Source of the DNA: Octopus bimaculoides
Taxonomy: Eukaryota
Assembly: GCF_001194135.2 (NCBI RefSeq)
Contig: NC_068989.1
Coordinates: 70,762,191 to 70,826,190 of the forward strand
DNA: 64,000 nt
Direction of reading: 5' to 3'
Position numbers and translations under genes: made by a program. Numbering within the stretch: position 1 is the stretch's first letter; every line of letters begins with the position of its first letter. Shown here piece by piece: positions 24,357 through 38,283 of the stretch. The notes under the pieces are model-generated. The model was not told the origin of the DNA. It was given only the letters and a program-made list of their open reading frames with translations, and did not search any database.

Positions 24357-24990
24357 ATAGGGTCATCCCATAAATAATGCAGTTTTTTCAATTGCAAGAA
24401 CTAAAAGTCAGAGGGGGATGGGATAAATGTTGATGCAGGTAGTTACCTGCATCAACTTGCTATAAAAGCATGTAATAATTTTATCTTGTCCTAATTCTTA
24501 GAGCAAGTTTTGAAGAGTGCAGTTCAATTTTAACAGTGATTTTTTCAAGGCTACAATGGAAATGACAAAGGAGCATATTTAGCATATTTTGTTTTATGAG
24601 TTCAATAAAGGTAACAATGCAACAGAAAGTGCGAAGAATATTAATGCCATATATGGAGATCAGACAATAAGTGGAAGCCAGTGTCAATGGTGGTTCCAGA
24701 AATTCTGAAATAGAAACTACAGCCTAGAAGACGAGCCTTGTCCTGGAAGATCTGCAGAGCTCGATGAGGATGTCCTGCAAACCCCGGTGGAACAAAATCC
24801 TATCGTAACTGTTGATGAACTAGCAGAGACACTTTGATTTGATCATTCAACCATTCATCAACACTTGCATGCCATCGGAAAAGTTAGCTAATTGGTTCAA
24901 TGGGTTCTCCAGAAACTTTCTGAGTGTAATTACGTGCAGAGAGTGAATGTTTGCTCTTGTTCGCTGTTACATCTCACGAATGAAGGAGAG
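24357..24990 (+). mobile_element. mariner transposon, left end plus decayed transposase N-terminus
   Basis: ATG at 24556 reads MEMTKEHI*HILFYEFNKGNNATESAKNINAIYG..QWWFQKF*NRNYSLEDEPCPGR..DHSTIHQHLHAIGKVS*LVQWV. This is colinear with Hsmar1/SETMAR-type transposase and has 4 in-frame stops. Probable TIR starts ta|gggtcatcccataaataatgc. Confidence 0.92.
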
Positions 24991-25774
24991 TATATTTTAG
25001 ATTAAAAAGAACTTTGTTTATCTTAATTTTGAAAAAATAAAAAAATAAAAATNNNNNNNNNNNNNNNNNNNNNNNNNNNNNNNNNNNNNNNNNNNNNNNN
25101 NNNNNNNNNNNNNNNNNNNNNNNNNNNNNNNNNNNNNNNNNNNNNNNNNNNNNNNNNNNNNNNNNNNNNNNNNNNNNNNNNNNNNNNNNNNNNNNNNNNN
25201 NNNNNNNNNNNNNNNNATATATATATAAATATCTTTTTGAAAACCTCATTCATTTCTCATGCTTAGTAAACTGGAAAAAAAAGTAGGTCAGTTTTTTTTT
25301 TTTTATGCCACCAGGTTTTGCGTTGACAGAGAGATGTCCATAACAGAAAAAGACCAAGGAAGATGAACCACTGAGACAGCCTTTGCTCTATTACCCAACC
25401 TGCTTTCTAGAAATCAAATCTGAATCAACTTTTTTTTGTTACCATATTGATACCAACCCACCGGAGACCACTGCTCCTGGTTCTATGATACAAACTTCCT
25501 GTTCTAACATGATCTAAATTAAAACCTTCTCACAAAATTCCATGTTAATTTACATTCCATACATTAATTTAATAATGACAGTTACTTTACTATATTCTAT
25601 GTTATTTTCTAAATTAATTAAAATTAGGAGAAAAAAGTGTAATTCAACAAAAATATAGTTAACGAAAGGGTTATGACTGTTTGTGTGTTGGTTTTGCAAG
25701 ATTCCCGATGTGAAATTGCGTGTTGAAACAGATATTGTTATATTTTAGGATAGTCGTTTTTTTTTTGTTTTTTT

Positions 25775-26148
25775 GCCAGGCATGGCTGCATGGTAAGAAG
25801 CTTGCTTCCTAACCACATTATTCCTGAGTTCAGTCCCATTGCATGGCATCTTGGGTAAGTGTCCTCTACTATAGCTTCAGGCTGACTAAAATATTCTGAG
25901 TGGATTTGGTAGACAGAAACTGAAAGAAGCCCATCATATATGTGTGTGTGTGTGTGTGTTTTCCTCACCACCACTTGACAACTGGAAATGGTGTGTTTTT
26001 GCCTCCATAACTTAGTGGGTCAGCAAAAAAGTTCAATAGAATAAGTACCAGTCTTAGAAAAATGTACTGGAGTCAACACATTCAACTAAAATTCCTCAAG
26101 GTGGTGCTCCAGCATGGTCACAGTCTAATGACTGAAACAAGTAAAAGA
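25775..26148 (+). mobile_element. SINE family A, full length
   Basis: Head, CORE-like motif, (TG)n and tail all present; an opposite-strand partner lies at 26920-27302. Confidence 0.85.
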
Positions 26149-26219
26149 TAAATAAACATGCACACTATATATTCATTCTTCACTTCAGATTTATTTCTGT
26201 TCTTAGTTTATTGTCCTTT

Positions 26220-26263
26220 GTTTGAAAATCTTTTGTCACACATCCTGTGACCTCTTCAGCAAC
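26220..26263 (-). ncRNA. Decayed type I hammerhead ribozyme motif (paralog of 60665-60707)
   Basis: Minus strand reads GTTG CTGAAGA G GTCACA ggatg TGTGAC AAAAG ATTTTC AAAC; G12 is mutated to A. Confidence 0.6.
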
Positions 26264-26919
26264 TCCCCATCCCATGTGGGATGATTATTTGTGTGTATTT
26301 ATTTGACAAAAAAAAAAGAAAGAAAAAGACCATCCCGAAATATAACATTATGACATACTTTCATACTTTATAACAGAAATGCTTCTTTACAGATCCATCC
26401 AACCCTTACAAACACAAGAAAAACAACTGTTGGTGATAATAGAGTTAAAAAATGCAAACTAATACAAACGTTAACTTTGAAAACATTTTTGCTTGTTCAT
26501 GTCATCAAATATTTGACAACAGACTCTCATTCCATTTTATCAATAACCCCCCCACCAAAAAAAAAAAAAACCTTAGATAAGTTAGCAAAATGGGATACAC
26601 TGCTATTATCACAGCTTGTTAGTTAACTAAACATATTATTACAACAGACACACAAGAATAAAAATCGATAAAACTGTCTAACTTTAGAACAGCTTTGAGA
26701 TTAACTGTTTTGTGAATATATTTCTGGGGAAATACAGAGAGGCTTTGTGTCAATTAATTTTGAAAACAATGGAGGATTTAGTAAAATGACTTTGTTGTTA
26801 TTAAGTTAGTGTTTGGAACATAAATTAACAGAAAACGTTGATGAAAGGTTTTAATTTACATCACTTTAACCCTTTTATCTTTATAAATCTGTTGAAATAC
26901 ATTGCTTTTATCTTTTATC

Positions 26920-27302
26920 TTTAACTTGCTTTCAGTCATTAGACTGAAGCCATGCTGGGGCACCACCTTTGAAGATTGTAGTTGAACAAATCAACCCTAG
27001 CACTTTTTTTTTATTTCAGGCTTGGCACTTATTCTATCAGTCTCATTTACTGAACTGCTATGTTGCTGGGATGTAAACATACCAATACAAGTTGTCAAGC
27101 AGTGGTAGTGGGGGGACAAACACACACACACACACACACAACGGGCTTCTTTCAGCTCCCATCTGTCAGATCCACTGACAAGGTTTTGGTCGGCCTGAGG
27201 CTATAGTAGAAAACACTTGCCCAGGGTGCTATATGCAGTGGGACTGAACCCAGAACCATTTGATTGGGAAACAAGCTTCTAACCACACACTCACACCTGC
27301 AT
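26920..27302 (-). mobile_element. SINE family A, full length
   Basis: Reverse complement of the family A head, CORE-like motif and tail. Confidence 0.85.
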
Positions 27303-28204
27303 CTGCTTTGTTTCGATTAATTTTGAAAGTAATGACGAATTTAGTAAAATAAATTTTTCATTGTTAAGCAGGTGTTTGAAACATAAATTAACATGACATT
27401 TTGATTGGCGGTTTTAATTTAGATCTCTTTTAAAACAGGAAGCTTGTATCATAGATCCAGGGGTGGTCTGGTACCAGAAGGGCTAACAAACCTTCCACTG
27501 CTTTTTTTTTGTACAATGTTTTGATGGTCGGAATAATCTCTAACCATATCCAGAGGATGATATAGTTCTATATTAATAGATAAATAAATACTCTGAACAC
27601 TACCATCTCGAGTTCTCAGAGTGATAGGACCAGTTACTCAGGTTCCATGGTATATAAGTAATCATGATCACCACATTCTTTCTGAACATGTAGCCAGGCC
27701 ATTGCATGGTTGTTCATTTACAGCTGAGTAGACTGGAGAGAGCAATGTGAAAATGAAGAATTTAGGACAAGAACACAACACACCGGCTAGTTCAGGAATT
27801 GAAACCACGATGTTACATCATGAGTTTAGGACACTAACCACTAGGTCATGCACTTTCACACATTCACACACACATGACTTAGTTAACCATGGTTGTTTGG
27901 GTAAAATATTGGTTTCTCAATCACATGGTTTCAGATTCAGTTCCACTGTATGGAACCTTGAGCCAACCAAAGCCTTGGTAGACAGAAAGAAGCTTGTTCT
28001 GTGTATACATTATTTAAAGCCAACCTTTTCATGCTTGCACGTGTCAGACAGAATTTGGCAGATTTTCTACAGTTGGATACTCTCCTTGTCACCAACCCAA
28101 ACCTTCCAAGTAAGGCAATATTTGCTTATGGCCAGACATTTTTCTAATGGAAGACTGGAAATGCCAGGGTTAATTTAATCTTCCCTCTCTTCAGAGTTGG
28201 TAAA

Positions 28205-28470
28205 AGTTTCAGTAATAACCAACAGGCAACATCAACCTAGTAAGAGAAACTTTACTTGTAGAAATCAGGAGGAAGGGACAATAGCTATGGCATTCACAGG
28301 CTCTCCAAGATTGGTGAGAGTGATGCCCTTGAACAAGAGCAAATCAAGACCCATAGGAGAGACAAGTGCAGGGAAGGAATTTCAGAAGTTTGATGTTCTG
28401 TGATGGACTAGGTTCAGTGCTTAGTGTGCAGGACCCTAAGGGAGGGATACAACAAGGGTATGCAATGGTA
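28205..28470 (-). mobile_element. CR1/L2-like LINE 3' fragment
   Basis: RTSNF*NSFPALVSPMGLDLLLFK resembles the RTSKLWNSLP..VFP..YDL..FK C-terminal motif. Confidence 0.6.
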
Positions 28471-29049
28471 ATTTCTCTTAAATTTCACACAACTACCCTT
28501 TTGTTTACGTATTTCTCTTGAAACACATTGCCTTCGTTTCAATCTATTCTAGAAATAATTAAGAATTTAATAAAATAACTTCGTCATTATTAAACCAATT
28601 TTGGGAACATAAATTAGCATAACTACAAGGTATTTTTTAATGAAATTTTCTACAAATGTGTTTCAGATGATGTAAACTGCAATTGTATCAGGATTTGTAA
28701 TGAAAACCGTTTTTCGGTAGGGAAGGAGGGATTTAGGATAATTCATGGCCCTGGCTTTGTTTCCTCATAACTTTCGGGAAAACGAGAACTTTTTAGTGAA
28801 ATTTTCTACAAATACTTTTCAAATGATGTAGATTACAATCAAATCAGAATTTTGATGGAAAGTTCTAATTTAGATAATTTTTAAACATGAATTTTGTATC
28901 ACAAAACTGAAGAGGTCTTAGGCAGGTTGATATTTAAAAAGGAGGAAAGGACACATTAGATAATGTAGTCTTAGATAGCCAACCCAAATGGTAAACTGCC
29001 ATACTGCTGCTTTTGATCGGGTTTAACCTGAGGCTAAACAACAATTTAG

Positions 29050-29310
29050 TGTGCCTAGCACAAAAAAAAAAAAGAAGGAAAACATGAAGTCCATATTATA
29101 AAATGGCGATTGAGCAGCTTGTATTTATGCTATTATAGAAAGATTAGCTACAAATATAAATAAGGTGGGTGGCTTCAAAGGACTTCCGGACAGCGCCTCT
29201 GATATTAGTTATTATTACAATCGATACTATTACCTGCTTTGTCAGTTAATTAATAATTGGAAGAAAAAAAAAAAGATAAAGAAAACTATTCTGCTTTATG
29301 CATTGTTTTT
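29050..29310. promoter_or_regulatory. Possible promoter-like unique segment
   Basis: YY1-like AAAATGGCG at 29100-29108 and ETS-like ACTTCCGG (CCGGAAGT on minus) at 29182-29189. It sits at the point where CpG frequency visibly rises. Confidence 0.25.
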
Positions 29311-30424
29311 TTAGTTGCATTTTAGCCCCAGATCTGATTGAGCAGACAGGCCTATGACCAAAAAGAGTTCCAGCCGTGACCATCCTATTTTTTCCTACGT
29401 CAAACTTCTGAATTATGCTGTCTTCTTTATTCTTTATTCAATGCGGTTGAATGCTGTTTTAGAGATATCTAACTGCTGTTTCTAGCAGTTCGAGAATCCC
29501 TGATGCAGTTTTTATTTTCTGGCGCCCATTTTTAATTACAATGACGGTTGTTTTACAGTTAATCCTTTTTTTATCTATTTGCTGCAACTATCTATCTCAG
29601 TTTGGTTTCTTGAGATTAGAAATACAGTGAACACGTTTTATTTAAAACGTTCACAGAAAGTACTTTATAAACCAGGAAAAGTAATGAAATCATTTGAATA
29701 TCATCCCCCTACGCTACAGTGTCGTTACCATATCTATCTAGCAATCTATGACCACGAATCAATCACGTTTCTTAAAAGTAGGGTATCTCAAACAATTAGT
29801 TTGATTAGGTTCGAAATTTCATCCACACATACATAGATAGATATGCATACACACACACATGCACGCACATATAAATATACACACCATATCATTCACATCT
29901 CAGTGAAAAGAAAATAAGAAAATAAAAGACAGCTTTCAGCGGCTTTATCAATAATATATAACGAGAGAGAGAGAGAAGAATAGAAAGAGAAAAGAATTTA
30001 TTGAAAGTGAAATGTACCTCAACAGAAACGAGTTTATATATTATATTCCCAGGTACCAATTATAATAAATGTGACTTAATATCATGTTAAGCAAAACTCG
30101 TCACATGCCCCAACAAGACAGAGCTAATAATGTAGGCTCTCTCTCTAATAATAATAATATTATTATTATTATCTCTCTCTCCTTTTCTATTTCATCACAC
30201 ACAGCTAAGCAAGTCCAACAGGTATTAATAATAAGCATTATGGAGTCGATAGGTTTTGTTATATATATATATATATCTTTGCTTCTCCAGTCTGTTTCAT
30301 CTCTTATCCTTATCTTTCTCTCTCTTTAACATTAAAGGGAGATCGAAAAGAGGAAGAGAGAAATGTGCTTAAGAAAGAAAAAGTTCAAAATACGTTATGG
30401 ACAACGACATATATATATATATAT

Positions 30425-30455
<31 letters not shown>

Positions 30456-31258
30456 NNNNNNNNNNNNNNNNNNNNNNNNNNNNNNNNNNNNNNNNNNNNN
30501 NNNNNNNNNNNNNNNNNNNNNNNNNNNNNNNNNNNNNNNNNNNNNNNNNNNNNNNNNNNNNNNNNNNNNNNNNNNNNNNNNNNNNNNNNNNNNNNNNNNN
30601 NNNNNNNNNNNNNNNNNNNNNNNNNNNNNNNNNNNNNNNNNNNNNNNNNNNNNNNNNNNNNNNNNNNNNNNNNNNNNNNNNNNNNNNNNNNNNNNNNNNN
30701 NNNNNNNNNNNNNNNNNNNNNNNNNNNNNNNNNNNNNNNNNNNNNNNNNNNNNNNNNNNNNNNNNNNNNNNNNNNNNNNNNNNNNNNNNNNNNNNNNNNN
30801 NNNNNNNNNNNNNNNNNNNNNNNNNNNNNNNNNNNNNNNNNNNNNNNNNNNNNNNNNNNNNNNNNNNNNNNNNNNNNNNNNNNNNNNNNNNNNNNNNNNN
30901 NNNNNNNNNNNNNNNNNNNNNNNNNNNNNNNNNNNNNNNNNNNNNNNNNNNNNNNNNNNNNNNNNNNNNNNNNNNNNNNNNNNNNNNNNNNNNNNNNNNN
31001 NNNNNNNNNNNNNNNNNNNNNNNNNNNNNNNNNNNNNNNNNNNNNNNNNNNNNNNNNNNNNNNNNNNNNNNNNNNNNNNNNNNNNNNNNNNNNNNNNNNN
31101 NNNNNNNNNNNNNNNNNNNNNNNNNNNNNNNNNNNNNNNNNNNNNNNNNNNNNNNNNNNNNNNNNNNNNNNNNNNNNNNNNNNNNNNNNNNNNNNNNNNN
31201 NNNNNNNNNNNNNNNNNNNNNNNNNNNNNNNNNNNNNNNNNNNNNNNNNNNNNNNNNT
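30456..31258. other. Assembly gap (others: 2879-2990, 25053-25216, 32342-32446, 38305-39147, 50078-50770, 53105-53555, 55586-55928, 60838-60917)
   Basis: Runs of N, mostly flanked by (TA)n or other simple repeats. Confidence 1.
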
Positions 31259-32082
31259 ATATATATATATATATAAACAAACACGTGTGTACTAAACATG
31301 GATAGAAAATACCTATAGAAAACAATGTGTAGAAAAATATATACTTGAAATATAAAGCTATGTGAGTGTATTTGTTAGAGTGATTTGCAAAGTTGAGCCA
31401 CAAACACGAATATGAAAAATGCATCCAACCTCATTCACACCACACAGAGATACTTGTTTTTAAAACCTAAATTAATTAGCAAGAAAGCTAAGGATTTGAT
31501 CTAAGATTGAATTGTTGATGAATAGAACGTGTGTGTATGTGTGTTGACTGAGATATGTAGATTCAGTTAGGGAGAATTGGATAATTTTATTCGTTCGAAC
31601 AATTACTACCCAGGTGGTTAATTAATAATAAAGGAAAGAAACTTTAATATGCAAAAATAAAAAAAAAATAAAAAGAAAATCCTTACAGCAAAAATGAATG
31701 AATAAGAATATAATTTTAATTTATAATGAGTAAAATAATAGTAATAATAGTAACAATAATAAAAGTAAATGTGGATACAAGATAGCTGTTTCATTACGAT
31801 CATGTTGTATATTATATATTCGTGTCTATTTACTAAATTATACTAAATATATTTTAATGTATTGTAATAATATGATCGACCGACTGACTGTCCCTGTGGC
31901 AAATATATTATCATCTGTTATCACATGGCGCGCGCGCGAGTATGTGTACATACATACATGACTGAGTTCAAAACTCGTCAAGGAGTCGCATTTTATTTTT
32001 GCTTCGTATAAAATTCGACGAAAATTTTGTGTGTTGGGGTGATTGAGTGGATGGATGGATGGACAGACAGACAGACAGACAA

Positions 32083-32131
<49 letters not shown>

Positions 32132-32228
32132 GGTCGATTTCAATCAGCTATCTAGACCATTCTTCTACTTAAAATTGGCTCAGTGCCAAGTCAACACAAA
32201 CCACCACCATTATTATTATTATTATAAT

Positions 32229-32273
<45 letters not shown>

Positions 32274-34559
32274 CACGACCACCACAACAACAACCTAAGT
32301 TACATGTGATAGATTTCATATGAAGGTCAGCGAATATGCAANNNNNNNNNNNNNNNNNNNNNNNNNNNNNNNNNNNNNNNNNNNNNNNNNNNNNNNNNNN
32401 NNNNNNNNNNNNNNNNNNNNNNNNNNNNNNNNNNNNNNNNNNNNNNATATATATATATATACATACGTGTGTGTATACGCACACATACAATCACACTCAA
32501 TGAGAAAACAAAGAGACTGAGAGAATATAGGCTGATGGTGGTGGAATCAATTATTAGTCTGAAAGAAATAATGATAAAATTTTTTTAAAAAGTGTGGCGG
32601 CAAGATTATCTGATCCTGTGGATTTTCTTTTCTCGAACCAACAGCAGAATGAGGAACACAGCAACAAGCAACAAACAGCTGTAGCAGCAGCAGTTAAGCT
32701 GCAATAACAAGCCAGCCAGCTAGCAGAAGAGAAAGAAGGAATTTGGGGACGATGATGAGGGTGATGCTGGTGGTGGCGGTATGTTGTAGGAGAGTAATTT
32801 GGACAAGAGACACTTGTAGAGGTGAAGTAGCAGGAAACACGATGGTAAAATGTGACTAAAAAAAAAGGTGACATTGTCTTGTGAATTTTGCAGGAGTATT
32901 GAAAAATAGAAAGGATAAAAGAAAATGCTTTGGTGAAGAATTGCAACCTTGAGCACGAATAAGCATCTTTATAAATGAAATTAAATGACAAATTGAAACT
33001 GGAAGTAACAATAAAAAAAGATGCTAAACAAGGAAACCTTGAAGACTATAGGACTTGATTAAAGCTAACGCTTTCACTTCAACAGATAAATCTGGGATAG
33101 TAGAAACACACACACACACACACACAAAACATTATTATTAATAGCTTATTTCCATGAAATGTAAATTTGCAAGATTGAATGAACCGATGCTCTACGTTAC
33201 TTTTACTTAGTATGGAGACTTAGAAACCGACGCCGTGTAAAATCAAACTGCTATATCTGTTTTAATAAGAATTTTAATTATTTACTTTTTTTTTTTACCC
33301 TTTGAGGGCCAGTTTCGAGCTACTCTAACAGTAATATATACGGGAATAAAATTCTCTTTTTTTTCTTCTTGCTGCTGAAGGCCTGTGGTATAATTTTTAT
33401 TTGCTTTGTGTGCCAAAATCTGAATGCATTTGGGTCCGAACTTATGCGTCGTTTCTCAGGCATAAGTATTGATATAATTCTTTCATGTATATATCTCAAG
33501 CATGTTTATAGAACATTATACATCTGTAACAGAAGATGTGTTTTGATTTATGCTTTGTATATATATGTGTATATGTAAAATATCGTTAATTTTCTAAGAT
33601 GGTCCACAAAATATACTTTTGTTTCACAACCCAGACTCAGTTTGAGCACTCGCTGGAAAACATTTCATTTCACTGCACATAACCGTTTTTTTTTAAAATT
33701 TATTTTTAACACATGACTGCCCTTCAGAAATTTATGCACGTCACACAATCTCATTTTCTCTTCCATTATAAAACTGAGCTACCCTGTGCGTATAAGACAA
33801 ATCTTTGTCCTAGTACCATAGTTAAGGCAACAATCGACCGCCGTACTTGTTTGGGTTTCGATTCTCAGAACAAAGGATTTCACTTATATGTCATTCTTTA
33901 CTGACATCCTCGAAGAAAATTATATCATCACGCCACATCACATCCCATTTTCTGTAAATCTAAAACTTGGGTTTTTTATTTATTTATTAATTTTTGTGGG
34001 GAGGGAGTTTGTCTAGCCAAAGGACAGGCTATGAATAGTTAGTTGATGGTGAGAAGTTAAACCTAGCAGTGAAGATGCACCAGCACCAGTAGATGTACAC
34101 ATGTGCACGAAAACGAAAATATATTTATGTACATGTGCGTTTATGATGTGTGTATGTGTGCGTTTGCAGCAAACAAAAATGGGGTAGAATTGATGCGATA
34201 ACGTTATCATACGACCCCCAAGGTTTCAAATATCAAAAAAGGGAGAACAGTGCATCGTGCTTATTTCTTCACAAAATGGTAGCAGCCAGCGAAATACCGG
34301 TTGAAATTAAACCAGTTAAAATCTCTACAAGAACAGCATATGTACGTATATCGGAAAATATAACAAGCATATGACAAGAAAGTGGATTGATTGTTTCTGT
34401 TTCTAAGAAAAAGAAAACCGATAATTGCCGTGAATGATAAATGTAGAAAGTTGCAGTTGCAACATTACAAGAAACATTATCGATGTTCAGATGTGTGTTA
34501 ATGAGCCGGGAACTGTTTAAGCACCGTGTATGTGTGCGCGTGTGTATAGAGATCTTTTA

Positions 34560-34925
34560 TTTTCTTTTACTTGTTTCATCAGTCACTGTGCTGCGACCGT
34601 GCTGGGGCATCGCCTTCAACAGTTTTAATCGGATAAACCGACCCTAGTAATAAGTTGTTTTTTTTTAAGGGCATTTATTCTGTAGGTTTCATTTACCGAA
34701 TCGTTACGTTACAGGGACATTGTCAACTTTGGTTGTGAAACTGTGGAGGACGCACACAGAGATAACTTTCCACAGTTTCTGTTTACCAAATTCACTCTCA
34801 CAGCATTGGTAGATTCGAGGTTCTAGTAGAAGACACTTGCCAAAAGTGCTGCGTAGTGGAACTGAACCCCAAACTGTGTGGTTGCAAAGCGAGGTTCTCA
34901 ACCACATAACTATGCCTTCGCGTTT
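34560..34925 (-). mobile_element. SINE family A copy with CpGs retained
   Basis: Reverse complement of family A. Confidence 0.85.
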
Positions 34926-35049
34926 ATATGTGTGTTTGTGTTAGGACAGAGAAGAGAAATATAACTCTGCATTAGTAAATATATAACTTATTTTTAACTG
35001 GTAGAAACTTGCAAAAATGATTCAAGGGTCAAGAGTTTCATGCATATCA

Positions 35050-36010
35050 CTTACACACACGCATCGCAGTTTCCTCCACCCCCTATGCCGAAGTGATAAT
35101 CAAGTTAGTTCTAATATATGTGAAGCCACACGTAACCAAACAGGCCGCACTGCAGGATCCACAAGCGTGATAGTTTACCATTGCGTTCTATGTCAACGTT
35201 TATCTTCGAAATGTTCGGCTCATGTGCAGGGCGCTATCAGAAATTTATCCATCACCTCTCGTTATTCGCTCACAATAACCATTCGTATATATCGATGTCA
35301 TCCTTTTTCAAATTTCCTCCAGCTACGTCTTTGAACTACTTCCTTTATCTTATGCATCCTGCGTGCTGTCCTTCAGTGAGCTGTGAGTAAAACAGTTGTT
35401 TGGACAACAGATGGTCATATTTTTACGCAACATGGCCAGCCTAACGGAGCGTAATCGTAGTTTCAAAGCAGACTCAAGCAGTACGCTGACAGTCATATGT
35501 CTATTGTCACTGAATGTAGCATAATTTTCCTTATACGTCTCTGGTAGAACATTTCAGGCCATTGGAGATGTGACCTATAATCCAGGTTTCAGGATTTATA
35601 CTACAGTAAAATGGGTGCAGCAACGATAAGACTGTGATTTTCATACAGTTATCTTGCAAAGCGACCAAAAGTTGTATGCGAAGCAGTTCACAAGCTGGAT
35701 CTTGCATCAATATCAAAGATATTTATGTTGAGAATTAGACCCTTATTGTCGTATACATCAGTGAAAATGTTGTCTGCAAGTTATTCTGCTGGAATCACAC
35801 AAACTGCAGTCTCTGCCGATGTTGTCGAAGTCTTTGTTTTGCCAGGATTGAATAACTTGTCACATATATGAGATTTGGTCACCAAAATGAATTTGTGTAT
35901 ACCGATCACGAGCACAGTTGAGAGAAAGGAAAAGAGAACAGGGACGATTACACATCCCTGCCTTACTCCAGTTCTGCCTTCAAACTGATCTGTTGTGGAA
36001 GACTAGCATC
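35050..36010 (-). mobile_element. RTE-clade LINE, decayed RT and C-terminus
   Basis: With frameshifts it reads TGVRQGCVIVPVLF, then RWAGHVA-like ..KQLFYSQLTEG, then FKDVAGGNLKK, as in RTE ORFs. Confidence 0.85.
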
Positions 36011-38237
36011 ACATTTAAGATTTTATGATGTGCAGAAGCCACGTGATCGTATGCACACACGCATATACACACATAGATACACAGACACACACGTTACTGA
36101 ATCGCGTGAACGAAGACAGGATCCAATTGTATATTATTCAATTATATTGTTGAATAGAATATATCGAAGGCTTCCAATGGCAACTGAAAGTCGTATGGGT
36201 TTTTCAGCTACTAGAAATAGGAAGATATTGTGAAACACACACACGAACATAGCCAGGATTTCAACCGAAGCGATTCTCAATTATTAAAATGGATCCACCA
36301 TTAACAATTAAATTAGCTAAAAACACACAATGTTAGATCATATTTGCATGGAGATTACGAGAAGAGTCGTCTCTGAATCTGTCCACACCTTGAATATGTA
36401 TGTGATTGAGTGTATGTGTGTGTATGTTAAAAAGCCAGAGGGAGAGGAGTCAAGAGTAAAGAAAATGAGCTATATGTATGTGGGTATATATATATATATA
36501 TATATATACGTAGGTATATACGTACAAACAGGTGAGTGCATGAGATTGGAGGCCCAGGTCGCGTGTGTGTGAAAGAGAGAGAGAGAGAGAGCGTGGGAGT
36601 CAGGTGAACAAAACACCATAGAACAGAATATGGTCGCAAGTGACCGATTTTACCTCAATATATAACTGGAATCCAATTTTACCAGCACTGGTGATTAAAT
36701 CGTGTGTGTGTGTGTGTGTTTTAATAGCAATTTGACTCGTAGGCTTGTAGGACGAACCTATCTTGCCAGGTATGAAAGATACCTGACGAGGTAAGTTCGA
36801 AGTCGTATAGAGCTGGATCATACTATTTTTAAATAATTTATGTTGCTCCCACCAAATGCGTTGAGCGTTACTTTCTTTCGTTTGTACACTCACACACACT
36901 GTCTCCTAGCAAATTTCAAATTTGGAAAGGTGTATGTAGGTCGGTTACAACGAAAGATTTAACTTCAAGCTTACTTAGTCACGTGCATGCGTACCCCCCC
37001 CCCCACATTCATATATACAGAGTAAGTAGTAAGAAAAGGGAAGGTGAATGAGATCCGCTTTTAAAAGAGGTTGGGGGTGGGGTACAAGAAGCAAATTTGG
37101 AGGTGATTGTCTATTCAAAACGACGAGTGTATATTTGAGAGCTGTTAGCTGATGTGTGTCAGTGCACAGAAAGAAGTCATGTTTATTTTATGTATAAAAT
37201 AGTACATGTTCTTTAGTTTTTGTATATGAGAACGCGTCTCCGTAAGGGGAGAGAAAGAGTGTGTGTGTGTGTGTAGGCGTATTTGCATGTCTTGGGTAGG
37301 CGGGAGAAAATATAAACATGCGCGTTTGCTTGCTTGATTAGGAAGTTCTCTCTCTTGATATATATATATATATATATTAACTGGATATGTATACACATAT
37401 GTGTATATGTGTGTGTGTATACATATAGAACATGTCCATGCAGAGAAAGATTGAATTTAAAAAATCTACCAACAACACTTAGTATTAATCGATGCATTGA
37501 TAAGAAAACAAACGTGGCACACACACACTTGTTTTTGACGTCATAAAAATTTATAAACTTCGAGGTGAAATAATTCTTAATTGGAACGGTACATTTCGAA
37601 GGAGATATAGCTCCAAATAACACCGAGTAAATATTTGGTTACAAAGCCCTTCAGACAGATTATTTACTCGTAGTTATTTTATAGCTTCCTCTGCTTCAAG
37701 ATTCACCGTTCCAAAAAAAAAAAAACATTGGTGTACAGTCATAGAATGATCGAAAGTGTTCCAGCAACGACCATCACGTCTCGATCTGTTTTCCAGACAA
37801 CTGAGATTGCATTGTCTGTCTTTCCTTTGGTTTTAAAATAGAAAAGCGGGTGGTCAAGGTACCATTAGAGGGAGATTTGGCTGCTATTTTTAGCAGGTTG
37901 AGCGACCGCAGTGACCCTCGGTTACGTTTGGTTCAAATCACGTGAACTGGATAAAACGCCACCTCTATCTGCCATTCCATACGAAACACCTCAACAAACT
38001 TTACAAATTGACAGTATCATCTCTGTCTGTCTGTATGTAGGTGTGTGTATGTATGTATACACGTATATTATATATATATATATATATATAGGTATAAGTT
38101 AGAGGTGTTTAAAACCTCAAAGGGATGGCAAATGTACTATTACTACAACTGTTTATTAATTAATTAAATTAATGGCTTACTAGTGCAAACGACTAACTTC
38201 TTCCTGTTATTTTCCCTCCAATTACTTCTTGCATATG

Positions 38238-38283
<46 letters not shown>

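Noticed and set aside
30363-31424. Long ORFs of 300+ aa (also at 38183-39241, 50030-50817, 52867-53780 and 55350-56319)
   Set aside because: They span N-gaps and (TA)n; these are artefacts.
33290-33340. Hammerhead-like GAG..CTC GAAAC on minus
   Set aside because: The core reads CTGTTA (not CUGANGA) and there is no stem I or NUH triplet.
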